Shown in pieces: positions 32,653 through 44,622 of a stretch of DNA of 64,000 bases. Both the position numbers and the translations under genes were made by a program. Every line of letters begins with the position of its first letter. Positions within the stretch are counted from its first letter, which is position 1. Origin of the DNA: Trypanosoma brucei (taxonomy: Eukaryota). The notes beneath the pieces were generated by a model that was not told the DNA's origin, did not search any database, and saw only the letters and a list, made by a program, of their open reading frames with translations. Where the stretch lies: contig CP000069.1 of the NCBI GenBank assembly GCA_000002445.1, positions 1,280,001 through 1,344,000 on the forward strand, in the 5' to 3' direction.

Positions 32653-33723
32653 GGGGGACGGATCTGCTGAAACCCATTTTGCGCTTACGTGCTCGTACGC
32701 GGAACAATCTCCCATCGTCCGTTGGTACTTCCACTTGCCGTTATATTCAAGTGTCTCCTTATCCATGTGTCCGTATGTGTTGAGAGCACAGCGTCTATAT
32801 TTGTCTTTTCTTACGTGCCTTTTTCCTTTTTACTGTTGTTATTATTGTTATTACTATTTTTTTGTTTCTCTTTTTTCGAAAATGATATTCCAGATCACGG
32901 CCCCTACTTGTGTTAGTTGCGGTATGGAGGGTCGCGTGAGGTGTGTGTATGTGTGTGGGTAGGAGGGAATCAGAGGATCATAACAGCGAGGGAGTGTTAA
33001 CAGTGAAGCGGGAAATGAAGAAGAAATCAAATTGCATCGTAACACCGACAAGCGAAGAGGGGGGGGATTCATTGCATCGCGTATGTGTGTGTTGGTTGGG
33101 TGGTATTTGTTTCTTCTTTCCGCAAAATGGCACAACCGGACATGTAAAGTATTTGGTCCTCTTCATGGGTTAATGACCTCCATGATGTACCAAGCAGATG
33201 TATACACGGACGACAAAACATATCCTGTTTAAGGTTCCCAGCGTCCACAGCGGCGTCTTTTTGTATCTACAAAGGCGGTGTCGGGGAAACGGGAACGCGG
33301 AGTGTTTCCACTTAAAATTTCTTTTGCTTCTCAGTCCCCTCACCACTAATTTCCTTGAACCCACTTGTATGATTGACTTCATCTTTTCCCCATCCTTCTC
33401 CACACCAGCTGCAATAAAATGTGGGAGTTCTCTATGTGCCTTTTCCTCTCCACGGTGGTGGCAGAGAATGATATCTTTGTGTGAACTGTGCTGATGTATA
33501 AGTTAATTCTCCCCACCCTTTGGCATCATGCTTTTCTTTCCATAATTCCTTTCTTGTTTCATCTAAAAATTTGCTGAAGGACTTGAGCACTGAGAAAGCG
33601 TATATTTTTTCTGCCTTCTTTTATCCCCTCCCCCTTTACAGGCTTCTGGTGCGGCACAGCTATTTGGGTTTCAGGGTTTGCCTCCCGTTTCGGTAGGAGC
33701 CGCCCTAGTCGTTGCGGACGACC

Positions 33724-34341
33724 ATGCGACCGGAGCAGTGTGACACGTACACGGAGCTGTCCTCAGCCCCACGGGAGACGAAGGTAATATGCAAATATTT
33801 CGCCACGGGGGGCTGTAGCCGTGGGGCGGCTTGTGCCTTCTCTCACGTTCTTAACCAAAACGCACCTGAAGGTGTCGATGCTTCGCGTGGCTTCTTTATA
33901 TGTGGAAATGTTGCCAACTTCGGAAGAACCACGGCGTTGCCAACAACTCAATCCGTGCTGTCGTTGCCACCGAGTACAACACCGGAGGACTCTAGTATCC
34001 TCGTGGAGCAGATGTGTGCTGGTGCTCAACAGCTCCACGCACCAACGGCTGAACCTAAGTTAACACCCACAATCCCTTCACTCCCAACCATTGTTGATGC
34101 TGGAACGGCTCGAGCAACTTACAGCAGTATTCCGCCTGAAAGGTCCCTAATCTGCTGTGAGGAGTCGTGGATGCCGCAGCAACGACCCCTGGTGCCACTG
34201 AATCACAGTCCTGTTGTCCACTTTGTTGCACCGCCGCCTGCTATGGCGTTTTATCATCCAATGCCGTACGTATTGGTGGGGCAGGTTCCTTTGGGGTACT
34301 CTCTTCAGGGAAGCACCGTGAACATAACCCGTGCGAATTAG
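33724..34341 (+). CDS. CCCH-type zinc-finger protein (ZC3H family RNA-binding protein), 205 aa
   Basis: Single C-x7-C-x5-C-x3-H finger CKYFATGGCSRGAACAFSH near the N-terminus. Pro/Ser/Thr-rich low-complexity remainder, typical of trypanosome ZC3H regulators. Track start is TTG; ATG at 33724. Confidence 0.75.
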   Translation: MRPEQCDTYTELSSAPRETKVICKYFATGGCSRGAACAFSHVLNQNAPEGVDASRGFFICGNVANFGRTTALPTTQSVLSLPPSTTPEDSSILVEQMCAGAQQLHAPTAEPKLTPTIPSLPTIVDAGTARATYSSIPPERSLICCEESWMPQQRPLVPLNHSPVVHFVAPPPAMAFYHPMPYVLVGQVPLGYSLQGSTVNITRAN

Positions 34342-35988
34342 TCGAGGTGTGTGCACGTCCCGCGGATGGTGTTGCGGCCGGCTCATCGAAAATTATTCAT
34401 AGATGTCGTCGTGTCACTGGGCCTCCCGGAAAAGCTTATACAACTGTCGCTTGCAACTGCACCCAAGGTATAATGGGGTCGTTACGGAGGAGTACCCAGA
34501 TGGAGGGACACCCTGTTGGTGGAATTCGGGTAAAACTAGGCAAACCGAAGCGAAACAATTGTGGCAGAAGTGAACGGCAAATTGTAATTAGCACTTCGTA
34601 GGGAGGGAAGTAGTCATCTGTACCTGAGCGTGGTAGTGCAGAAGCATGCCGTTGAAAAGTGGAGAGGTAAATATGGGCAGTTTTTTTGTTATTGGTCTAC
34701 AAGTACATGTTTGTATCCTTAATAGATGCCCGTGTCACTGGGCTTTTGGCTCTCCCGCACAGTGCACGTCATCATCGTTGACTTATGGGGCGTTGTGCCT
34801 CCCTCAACTCTTCCCACTGCCGGCGCTTCGGGTGTATGACATGAAGTAATGCTAAGAATGACAACGTAAGAACAAAATGATTTTTACATTTCATTGGGCC
34901 ATACATTACGCTGAGTGAAGTTGCTTTGTATCGAGGAAGCTTACTGGGCTGTTGGGTGCAGTTTCTTTTTCGCGCGTGTTGTACCCTGGGGGATGTTATT
35001 CTTTTTTTTTTCCCTCTCTCTTTATTGCAATGCCTGGTTGGGTGGAAGTACGCGAATAGAGGATGGATTGTATTCCCCGTGTAGAATCATTGGAAAAACT
35101 GCTGCTTTCATGCCTTCCTCCCATTTCTTTTCTTCCTCTCACTACAAAACAGGTTGGTCCCTTCTTGTTTTTGCTTTTTTCCCCATTTCTTTTTCTTTCC
35201 TAATTTTTTGTTGTTCACGGGGCACTTCATCCATTTTGATGATAGTTTCAACGTGTGTGAATGCCCCCGACGACCTCCTTCGTGTGCTCGTGTATGTCTG
35301 TTGTTTAACTTTTCCTATTCCCGCTCACATGCAGACACACGTGTGCTTTTCAGGTAAATACTTATTTCATTTCATGATCAGCCTGTTCATCGTTTGGGCT
35401 TTTATACAGTTTTCTATCCCCTTCCATAAAGATATGTTCTTTTTCTCTTTGTGGGGTTATATTTTCATTTTCATTTTTATCTGCTTTGCTTTTTTTTTAC
35501 TGTCTTCGTGCACATTTGACAATGTTCTGTTCATTCTGTTTCCCTTTTTTTTTCTTTTGTTAAGTCGGCCAACGTTTTCTTTCACCCCACCAATGCGCGT
35601 TTTACTTTCCGTAATCCCTTTTCCGCATCTGTGTTTGGCAGCACAGTGCCACTACAAGTGAGTTGTAGCATGTGATATAACGAGGCATCTTTTTTAGTGC
35701 ATATTTGGTTCGTCGGCTGGGATTTTTTGGGAGATGAAATATGTTTTGTTTTTTTTGTTGAAAATCCTCTTCCGGCATTCCTTCATTTGCTGCATTTACT
35801 CATTTCAATCTTTTGTTGGTTCGTTTGTGTATCTCATGTGTAATAGCGGATGGGTATTTGATGAAGCGTGAGAAAAAAAAATGGGGGCGGGTGAATGGGT
35901 GGGGGTGTGGATTATTAGGATGGAATGAAGGGAAGAGCAGGATAAATCTAATTTAAAAAGAAAATTAAATATGAGTAAATAAATATTT

Positions 35989-36014
35989 GATATATATATA
36001 TATATGTATATATG
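35989..36014. repeat. (TA)n microsatellite
   Basis: tatatatatatatatgtatatatgg read directly, within an A-rich block 35870-36140. Confidence 0.9.
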
Positions 36015-36308
36015 GATCGAAAAGGTAATATTTTGTAAAGTGGAGTAATTATCAAGAGAGGAGTAGGGGATGGAGGAAAAGGAAAATGAAAATGAAAAGC
36101 TACAACAACGACAAAGCACCACTAATAAAAAAAACAGATAGGGGGAATTGATTTTTTTTTTTTGGAACATTTGCAGATGTAGTTTGCTTTTTTTTTTCGT
36201 GTGTGTTCTTTGTTCTACATTTTAAAAAAATACTTCCAGACTAGTTAAAAGGGTGTCGAAAACAAAAAGAAATTCAAAACAAACGAGAAGATGGGAGAGA
36301 ATTGTTCG

Positions 36309-36340
36309 TATATATGTATATATATATATATATATATATG
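36309..36340. repeat. (TA)n microsatellite
   Basis: tatatatgtatatatatatatatatatatatatg read directly. Confidence 0.9.
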
Positions 36341-37877
36341 TACCTGAACAACTGTAGGTGGATGTTGCAATAAGTGAGAAAGAAGAAAGGAAGGAACAGC
36401 AGCTGCGAATAACGTGGCGTGGACCCCTTTGAAAACCCACTGATGCGACCGATGTGTTTTCCTTTTTCTCCTTATTTTTCCTCCCCCCGTTTGTATTGTT
36501 TAGGGAGTCGCCACCGCCTCTCGTACAGTGCTGCAGCCTCTATTTTTTTATTTTTTTAATATTATTTTGAAACGCGAGCTGCTGGGCTTTCTGAACCAAA
36601 TGGGCAACTTGGCTGACATTGTATTTGAAAATATATTTCACGCCCCCATCTTTCCTCAAGTAACATATAACCCTTCAGTTGTACTTGTTTTCACTTCTGC
36701 TTCGTGCAGTTTGGCTACTTCAAATATCATCTTTCTAAACTTTGCGGTTTTCTCTGTTTTCTTTTCCGTTTCTCTTATTAAAACCATTGTTTCGCGTTGT
36801 CTTTACCGTGGCGTCGACGTGGAGGAATTTCTGTGAAGGGGGTTTGGCCAAAATTTGGAAGTCACTTTACCGTACTTGTGTTGCGGTGCGATTTACACCT
36901 TCCAATTCAGCTTTTCAGCATAAGTAATACGGTCGGAAGGGTGTAACAGTTGGGGAAAGGAAAGAGTTACAAGAATTATGGGTTACAAGATTGTGTGAGG
37001 GGTATTTCTGGTATTGTTACCAGCTTAGTTTCATGTCGGTTGTTTTATGATTCGCCAGTCGGACCGTTGCGCCTCGGCCTGTGGGAGACGGATTATGAGG
37101 CAATATGGATTGCATGTGAGTGGCAATTTGAATCACCGGTTTGACATCTGCTGCATGCGGCAGTTGGTAACATTCAATCGGTGGTTTACTCCTGGGGTTC
37201 GTATTATAATATAGGTGAAATGAGCGGTCACCCCAGTCGCAGCAAAGGTGTTTTGAGAGGGCTTAAGGAAGGCTAAGGAATGCTGTGCTCGGCGGTCGTG
37301 GACGTGTTTGTAAGTATGCATGCATATGTTCACATGTGAGCTTACACGTGTGAGCGTATGCGGTGGTTTTGTTTTATTTTTCTTATTCCATGTACTGGTT
37401 GACACTGAGAGAGCATGTGGCCTCTTTCACCGTGCCTCTATATTCTTCCCTCGACCCACCCAAATCATCGTTTCTACTGCCCGTGTTTTGATGCTCTTTT
37501 TCTTGTTCCTGCATTCGCCGGGTTTCAGTCTCCAAACCTTTGCCGGGGGAACCAAGAGCCCATTGGTTTGAGCGCTGCTTAAGCATATAGATAGAGAGTT
37601 GAGTAGAAAAGAAGGACAACAGCAGCGGGTCGCGATATAGGAGATTATATAAACTCAAGTACGCACACACACGAATACATACACCGTCTCAGTTCGAAGG
37701 AGGCGGACAGTGGGGGAGGATTGAGAGAGTTGAGGGTAAAGACAAGGGATCACTGAGTGTGTGTGTGTGTGTGGACCGATAATAACAATAATAACAATAT
37801 TAAAGAATAAAGCAAAGAAAGAACAAACAGAAGGGCAGATTGATAAAAAATTAAAAGGAAGAAGGAGATAAGGAATC

Positions 37878-40760
37878 ATGGATCCAATCAACCCGAATGA
37901 TCCCATTCTCACTAGGCGACTAGAGATGCTTGCTCAGAACGCCTTGTCCGTTGAGAGCGCCGATAGGGAGAGGGCAGAACAGGAGATCAGGGAGTTTCAG
38001 AATCGCGTAGACATACAGAGTGGTTTTGTGCTTTTGCTTCTCAACGTAGCGAGCTCCCAAAGCCCTGCAGCCTCTTTTTGTTCAATTGTGTTTAAAAACA
38101 CAGTGAAGAACTGCTGGAATGAGGGAACATCAGAACATTGTGTGGCGGAGAGTGATAAGGCTTTTGTTCGCAACAACATTACAGGTATCATGTTTAGCGC
38201 TCCTCTGAATGTCCAGCGGAACTTAGCAGAGGCCATTTCTATGATAGCTGAGACTGACTTTCCGTCCGCATGGCCTGATGCGCTGCAGCGTATTATTCAT
38301 GTTCTAATGAACGAAAAGAGTGTCGTGCTACACAGCGCAGCGTTATCTACGGCTCACAGCATTCTCGGACGTTATCGTAATCAGCCGGACCTTTCCCAGG
38401 AAACTGCCAATGATCTGCGAGTAATATACACGGATTTAACGTCACCGCTTCTTAACTCAATGGTGTTGCTTGTGGATGCTGTGGAAAAGTGTGGGACTGA
38501 CGCTCATGCTGCGTGCACGGGTCTTACCTCCGCTGTGGAGTGCCTTCGTGATATAACTGCTTTTGATCTTGGTGACGAGTTTATCTGGGGAATCGAGGGG
38601 TTCGTCCGTGTTTTATTACGTTGTCTTCAACTCGGTGGCTCTGGTGTATTGGGGGCATGTACAATAGAGCTGAAGTCCGTCGTAATCATGTGTGTCTCGC
38701 ACTTTCTTCTGCAATTTGATGAAGACTTTGAGAAGTACGCCTCGGAATTCCTTAAGGTTGTGTGGGACACCATTTCCTCCCCTTCGAGCTGTGAGAGTGA
38801 TATGGACGATATTGTCGTTCAGGGGATGGGTCTTTTAGCGGCCGCCTGTCGTGGCGCGACACGGGAAGTTTTTAACAATGAGAGTGTTCTTGTGAATTTA
38901 ATGACCGAGGTTATTATGCCAAACCTTGCGCTGCGGCAGGTGGATGTTGAACTGTTTGGGACAGAACCCGATGAGTATATCCAGAGGGATATTGAGGGTA
39001 GTGACTTTCACACTCGGCGGCGCGAGGCAGGTGAATTGGTACGAGCGTTGCTGTTATTCTTCCCTGAAAAAACCGGGCCACTCTTCACGGCAAAAGCGCA
39101 GGAGTTGTTGGCATCTGCCGCCCAAGGTGACTGGAAGGCTAAAGACTTGGCCATTTATCTCGTGTCTGCGCTCTCGTTGGAGGGGCAACACGTGAGCACA
39201 CAGAGGGGTGTGACGCAGTGCTTGAGTAAACTTGTGCCTTTCGAGCCTTTTCTAAAACAAAATGTATTGTCTGAGCTGTCGTGCGGTGTTTCGCCGCAGA
39301 GCCCTGCAATAGTCAAAGCAAGCTGTATTCGATTTGTTGCAGCCTTCCGCGCACACATTGAGCGCTCTCTGTTGCCGGACATCATAGCACTACTTGCCTC
39401 CTGGATCCTTTGTGAGGACACTGTGGTCCAGGTATATGCTGCACACGCTGTAGAACGTGTTTTAACTCTACAGGACCCGGGTAAACCGGGCCACGTTATC
39501 ACCGACACTGTGTTGGGGGACAAAGCACCTTCGCTTCTGCACAATCTTTGTGTGAGACTCAACCAGGAGAAGAAACCAATCGCGTACACAATGCAGTGCC
39601 TTATGCGTGTCTGCCAGAACTGTAGCGGTTGTGTGAAGTCGTTTGTGGGAGACATCATAACCTGTATGGTGCCTGTCATAAAAGAGAATTCAAAAAACCC
39701 GTCGAACCCATTGTTTAGTCACTGTATGTTTGAAGTTGTTTCCCAGTGCATCATGTTACGTCCGGAGGATGCAGCTGCTATCGAAAGCGCCTTGTGGGAA
39801 CCTATGATCTTCATTCTTCAGAATGACGTGCTCGAGTATGTGCCTTACACTCTTCAAATCATGGCTCAACTGCTTGATGCTCATGGGAGTGGCGCACCCG
39901 AGCCACCAACGTATTACCAGGCTCTCCTGGAACCGCTCCTTTTACCCGAAATGTACAAACAAAGGGGAAGCATTCCTGCTATTGTTCGTCTTTTGGTGTC
40001 TTTCATAGAGCACTACCCGGGATTTGTGCACGGCAAGGGCCTAACGGAGAGGGTAATAGCGGTAGTCAGGTCGCTTGTTCAGTATAAGAATTACGACCAC
40101 GAGGGACTTAACATCCTTACGACCATGATCAGAGCATACCCGAAGGATGTTATCTCACCATACATGGTGTCTATCTATCAGTCATTGATACAGAGGCTGC
40201 AGAAGTCTAGGACCCCGAAGTATGTTCGCATTCTCATCATCTTTTTGTCGATAACAGTGATCACTCATGGGGCTGACGATGTTGTGACGCAAATCAACCG
40301 CATTCAGGATGGGCTGTTCTGGATGTTGTTTCAACGTGTTTGGCTTCCCCACGTTCCAAAGGTCCTCGGAGTCCTCGAGCGGAAGACATGTATAATAGCC
40401 CTGGCCTCGCTTCTCGGTGATTGTGTAACGTTGCAGCAGAATGCTGAAACGTGGTCGACCTGTGTTGTGAGCTGCCTCAAAATGATTCACGGTGCTGTAG
40501 AAAAGGACGACTGGACGAGCTTTACACCACAAACTCATAGTGTCAATGACTTAGCCCAGCATGTTGCCGATATCGGGTATACAAATGCGTTTTGTCCACT
40601 TCAGGGCGCCGTGCAGACACCAGTTGACGTCTGTCCCATGGTTCAGCAGCCAGAGGCGCTTTTCCGAGAGCGCCTTCAGAAAGCCTTGAGTGGTCCCAAC
40701 GCGGAGCAGCTGGTACGGTTGCTGCAGGCTTATCCCGAGGTAATGGCGCAATTGCAGTGA
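37878..40760 (+). CDS. importin-beta-family transport receptor, CAS/CSE1 (exportin-2)-like, 960 aa
   Basis: Importin-N-like start (LLLLNVASSQS...FKNTVKNCWNE). All-helical HEAT/ARM-like repeats over ~960 aa, matching the CAS/Cse1 size class. Confidence 0.75.
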   Translation: MDPINPNDPILTRRLEMLAQNALSVESADRERAEQEIREFQNRVDIQSGFVLLLLNVASSQSPAASFCSIVFKNTVKNCWNEGTSEHCVAESDKAFVRNNITGIMFSAPLNVQRNLAEAISMIAETDFPSAWPDALQRIIHVLMNEKSVVLHSAALSTAHSILGRYRNQPDLSQETANDLRVIYTDLTSPLLNSMVLLVDAVEKCGTDAHAACTGLTSAVECLRDITAFDLGDEFIWGIEGFVRVLLRCLQLGGSGVLGACTIELKSVVIMCVSHFLLQFDEDFEKYASEFLKVVWDTISSPSSCESDMDDIVVQGMGLLAAACRGATREVFNNESVLVNLMTEVIMPNLALRQVDVELFGTEPDEYIQRDIEGSDFHTRRREAGELVRALLLFFPEKTGPLFTAKAQELLASAAQGDWKAKDLAIYLVSALSLEGQHVSTQRGVTQCLSKLVPFEPFLKQNVLSELSCGVSPQSPAIVKASCIRFVAAFRAHIERSLLPDIIALLASWILCEDTVVQVYAAHAVERVLTLQDPGKPGHVITDTVLGDKAPSLLHNLCVRLNQEKKPIAYTMQCLMRVCQNCSGCVKSFVGDIITCMVPVIKENSKNPSNPLFSHCMFEVVSQCIMLRPEDAAAIESALWEPMIFILQNDVLEYVPYTLQIMAQLLDAHGSGAPEPPTYYQALLEPLLLPEMYKQRGSIPAIVRLLVSFIEHYPGFVHGKGLTERVIAVVRSLVQYKNYDHEGLNILTTMIRAYPKDVISPYMVSIYQSLIQRLQKSRTPKYVRILIIFLSITVITHGADDVVTQINRIQDGLFWMLFQRVWLPHVPKVLGVLERKTCIIALASLLGDCVTLQQNAETWSTCVVSCLKMIHGAVEKDDWTSFTPQTHSVNDLAQHVADIGYTNAFCPLQGAVQTPVDVCPMVQQPEALFRERLQKALSGPNAEQLVRLLQAYPEVMAQLQ

Positions 40761-41608
40761 TGGGTGTGAGGAAGTATCTTTGCGTTGTATTTCCTTGGTT
40801 CCATTTTTCTGGCGTCCTTCGGTTCCACAGCGGCGGTTAATTTGCGTGGGCGGCTCCACATCTGGGCGGTGTGCGACCAACCGCAGTTGTTTTTTGTTCG
40901 CTTTTGTGTGTGTTTTCAATCATTTCTCCAGCTATTCGCTTTAGTTGCTGAGCGTCATTGACGCACCGCAACGGTCGTCGGGCTGCTGCATTACAACATC
41001 GGGAGAGAAGATGTTGCACTGAGTGGAGTAGGCTGGAGAGAAGGGTGATTTTTTTTTTTTTTTGTGTTGGTGTTTGGTTGTTTTTTTTTTATTCGTGGGC
41101 GATTTCCCCTCTTTTTTAAGGATGAGCAGAGGGTGATACGACCGTTTCCGCGGCGGAGCATCCGTGCCGAAGAAGTGCTGGCGATATGGACCGCCCGCGT
41201 AGACGGTAGGGATCCCTGCAGGAGGCACAGAGTGAGACGCAAGTTAAGAGAAGTAACAGGGGAACAAAAGTGACAACAGGGAGGAGAATACAAGTTTCTT
41301 TCGTGCCTTCTCATCTCGTTTATTGGTCTGTACGCTACACGTATGTGTCTCCTGTATTTACCTTGATGGGTCGGATGCTCCTATTTCTTCATATATTCCC
41401 CTCCGTTCTCCTTTTTTTTCCCCCCTTTCGAAAAATAAAAATCCCTTCACATCTTCCAATTTACCCTTCATTTGAGTCGTTGGCATTCTCGCAGTTGACA
41501 CAGCTGGTCCGTTGTCCGCGTAGTGTGACGTGTGTGGAGCGCATTACACTTGCATTAACTCACGTTGAAGGGGGCTGGGGGGGGGGGAGTCAGTAGGACA
41601 TCAGCAAC

Positions 41609-43483
41609 ATGTTCGCCTACATCTGTGCCACGGCCCAAGAGTTTATAGGGGGTGTGCACTTCGGTCCCGACAACCGCGTCGTTTCTGTAAACACCTCGGA
41701 ATATCCCTCACTCTCGGGCATTCAATGTGGAATGGTTCTTACATCCATCAATGGGACGCGTGTTGGGCAGTCCGAAGAGGAGAAGTTACGATGGAAATGT
41801 GCCGCTGGTGAGCTGATGTTAGTGTTCAACTCTAGGGCCCCGGGACAGCACGACGAGCTGGACCTGAGCTCTGCTGAGGAAGACGAAAATTTGTTGGACA
41901 GCCAGAAGACGCTGCTTTCACCAAACTTGGAGTGTGATGAAATCGTTTTCGGCCAGCGTAAGAGTGTGGACGTACTTATTGATGCAGTGGGGCGCACCGG
42001 GCCTGGCGGGTGCATTATCATCATGAGTGAAGGTGTTAACCCCTCCTATGCTCTTACGGTAGCTGCTGAGCAGTCATCGCGGACCACAATGTACATCAAC
42101 GCAGTTGCGCGGCTCAAGACACGCCAACCTCTCACTCGAGCAGGTGAAGATTTTCTCAAGTCCCTTAGGAAGGGACTGTGGATTTATATCGAACAGGCAT
42201 CAAAATCCATGTCGCTTCTTTACACCCTGGCCGAAAGCATCGAGGAGGCGAGGAGGAGTGCTACCATCGACGCCAATGCACGTGTTTTCCTCATGTGTGA
42301 GCCACATCCTCACTTTCCGGAGGCATTGCTTGAGGGGGCTGTAACACTCCGTAGTTCACTCCGCCCTGGAACGAGTGAGGTCATGCTGGAGGACAATCTT
42401 CTGGCAAGCGAGCAAAAACTTAGGGCTGTTCGAGGCGGCTCTCTTGTGACATCCGATGGGAAGGCAGAAATCACCAAAGTGAACGCACGCGTTAAGATTT
42501 CCCATGAAGTTAGCATTGTTCCTTTAGAGAAGAATGCCTTTATGGAACTGAGCCGAAGTGCAACAGCCCCCATCGAACGAGAGGCCGGCAGGGAGCAGGG
42601 CATAACACGCACTGCCAGGTACACTTTTGGCAAAAATGAAAAGTTTATTTCTCTCTGTAGGGTGAAGGATGGGTGTTATGCGGTGGGCACTTTGGGGGGA
42701 TATGTGATCATGATAGATGCAGACGGCTTACCCCTCATTCAATTCAGGCCGCACAAAGCGTGTATATGGGATGTCGCTTTCGCTTCACCGCACGACTTCG
42801 CCACTGCCTGCGACGACGGCGCCAGCGCCATTTTAAACTACTCACTGGAGGCACACGAAATTCGAGCTACTTCTGTGGCTTCATTTCAGCAAGAAGTCTT
42901 TGCGGTAACATATGTGACACCTGATGAACCGGATAGTGCTGTTGTATCCGGTGGCCTGAGCGCGACAATTTGTGTACTGCACTCAGATCGGCAGGTGAGC
43001 TCATTCATATCCGCCGGAATGACTATTCAGGCACTGCGCTCCACAAGGCAACGACACGTAATCGTAGGCGGTGGGAGCGGCGTCTGCGCGTTAATTGATC
43101 CGGTGGCATCGACTATTCTGGAAGAAAGCGGCCGCCACAAAAAAAAGGTACCGGCTGTGGCAAGTTACGGCGCTTTGGGTGTGACAGGGGGTTTTGATAA
43201 AGTGGTTCGGCTTTGGGATGTTAGGAATGGACTTCGTATGGTGACTGAAGTGGCCATGCCAGAGGTAGTTACAGCAGTTGCAGCTCATGGGGAGCATGTT
43301 GCTGCCTGTTGTGGCTCTGATCTGTTCGTGTGGGATGTTCGCAATTTATCCCGCCCGTTGGTACGGAGAGAAAAGGCATGGAAGGACCTCACCAGGGGTT
43401 TGGTTATGTGTGATAATTCAATTGTTACTGCCTCCGCGGATGGCGTAACCCGCTTCTGGTCACTCAATGCAACCAGCGAATAA
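41609..43483 (+). CDS. WD40-repeat protein with an N-terminal PDZ-like segment
   Basis: C-terminal WD repeats (CIWDVAF, VVRLWDVRNG, LFVWDVRN, VTRFWSL). The N-terminal VVSVNTSEYPSLSGIQCGMVLTSINGTRVGQ resembles a PDZ GLGF-type strand/loop. Confidence 0.75.
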   Translation: MFAYICATAQEFIGGVHFGPDNRVVSVNTSEYPSLSGIQCGMVLTSINGTRVGQSEEEKLRWKCAAGELMLVFNSRAPGQHDELDLSSAEEDENLLDSQKTLLSPNLECDEIVFGQRKSVDVLIDAVGRTGPGGCIIIMSEGVNPSYALTVAAEQSSRTTMYINAVARLKTRQPLTRAGEDFLKSLRKGLWIYIEQASKSMSLLYTLAESIEEARRSATIDANARVFLMCEPHPHFPEALLEGAVTLRSSLRPGTSEVMLEDNLLASEQKLRAVRGGSLVTSDGKAEITKVNARVKISHEVSIVPLEKNAFMELSRSATAPIEREAGREQGITRTARYTFGKNEKFISLCRVKDGCYAVGTLGGYVIMIDADGLPLIQFRPHKACIWDVAFASPHDFATACDDGASAILNYSLEAHEIRATSVASFQQEVFAVTYVTPDEPDSAVVSGGLSATICVLHSDRQVSSFISAGMTIQALRSTRQRHVIVGGGSGVCALIDPVASTILEESGRHKKKVPAVASYGALGVTGGFDKVVRLWDVRNGLRMVTEVAMPEVVTAVAAHGEHVAACCGSDLFVWDVRNLSRPLVRREKAWKDLTRGLVMCDNSIVTASADGVTRFWSLNATSE

Positions 43484-44622
43484 TGTACCGTTTGCGGCCA
43501 ACTGATCGAGATAGGAAAGTAAAAGAATGACCAGGCATGTCTGTGATTGTTTGCGCGGAGGAGAATTAAACACTTGTGATAAAACCTCCCACCCTCCCCT
43601 CACCTCACAGTTATTTTTGATGGTCGCGTCGCGGACTGAAGAATGCGAAAAAAAACTGTGAGGTGAGGTGGATCAGAATGTGTCTGAGGTTGGTGTCTCG
43701 GAGGCGGTGGTGCACCTGAACGAGACAAAAGTGTTCGTGCAGCATAATAGGTTTGTCGTGAGAGATATGGCTAAGATTGGGGGGGGGAGGGAGGGAGAGG
43801 CTTTCGTTATGGTAATTTTTAATGGTGCGCCGTAGTGCCGCGAGGGCTGTGCATGAGTATTGTTTAGTCTGTCCACTTGCGTGTGGAGTCCTTTGGGTAA
43901 GTTTCCCCCTCCCCTTTTCTGTTATGAGCATATCGAGGTTTGTTCTTTAATCGTGGGAAATATACGGGAGAGAGAGAGAAAGAAGGCGTGAACAGTAGGT
44001 GTGCGAGTAAAAAAGACTCTATGGGCATGCAAAAGGCACATATAATGCAAACCTTAAGGCCACTAACCAATTGATGTTTGAGAGTATCGCACTTATGGGT
44101 AAAAGAGAACTAAGCACACGGGGATCTTCCTGTTGTCCGTAGCCTCTATTTTTAATAATAATACTATTATTATTACTGCTACTATATATTTTTTGTCTAT
44201 TGGTTTTGTAATGTATTGTTGATAATAGTCTTACTACCATCCCTTATTACTATTATTACTATTATGATTTTTGTGTAAGTTTGTGCGACTCGGTTCCGAG
44301 TCGACCGTGCGGGGCATTGCGTTACCACCTTTATTTATTTTTCGTCCTTTTCCCCCCAGAAACTATATTGTTAACGTTTGCGCTGAACGGAGGTGTGGGC
44401 CCCTTTCGAGTGGACTAGCTGCATCGCTGGCCTTCACCAATATATCATTTCTCACACCGTTTGTTTTCATTCCCTTTTCCCCGGCTTTTTTTTTTCCAAG
44501 TTTGCCCTGTGTGTCCGGACGGGAGAAGTTTCCCTGATTTATTTGTTTGTTTTTGTTTTTTCTTTTGTTTTAATTTTCTGTTGCCGTTACGGCCCTTGTG
44601 TATCTATTTTTCTTTAGCTACA

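Noticed and set aside
34915-35661. 248-aa + strand ORF
   Set aside because: Translation is F/L/S/C-rich homopolymeric-codon junk from a polypyrimidine tract (34980-35650). No start context or domain.
39155-39679. 174-aa minus-strand ORF inside the importin gene (similarly 49780..50310, 15961..16323, 61026..61490 inside other genes)
   Set aside because: Antisense ORFs within well-supported + strand genes. Kinetoplastid polycistrons do not carry overlapping antisense genes. Chance ORFs.
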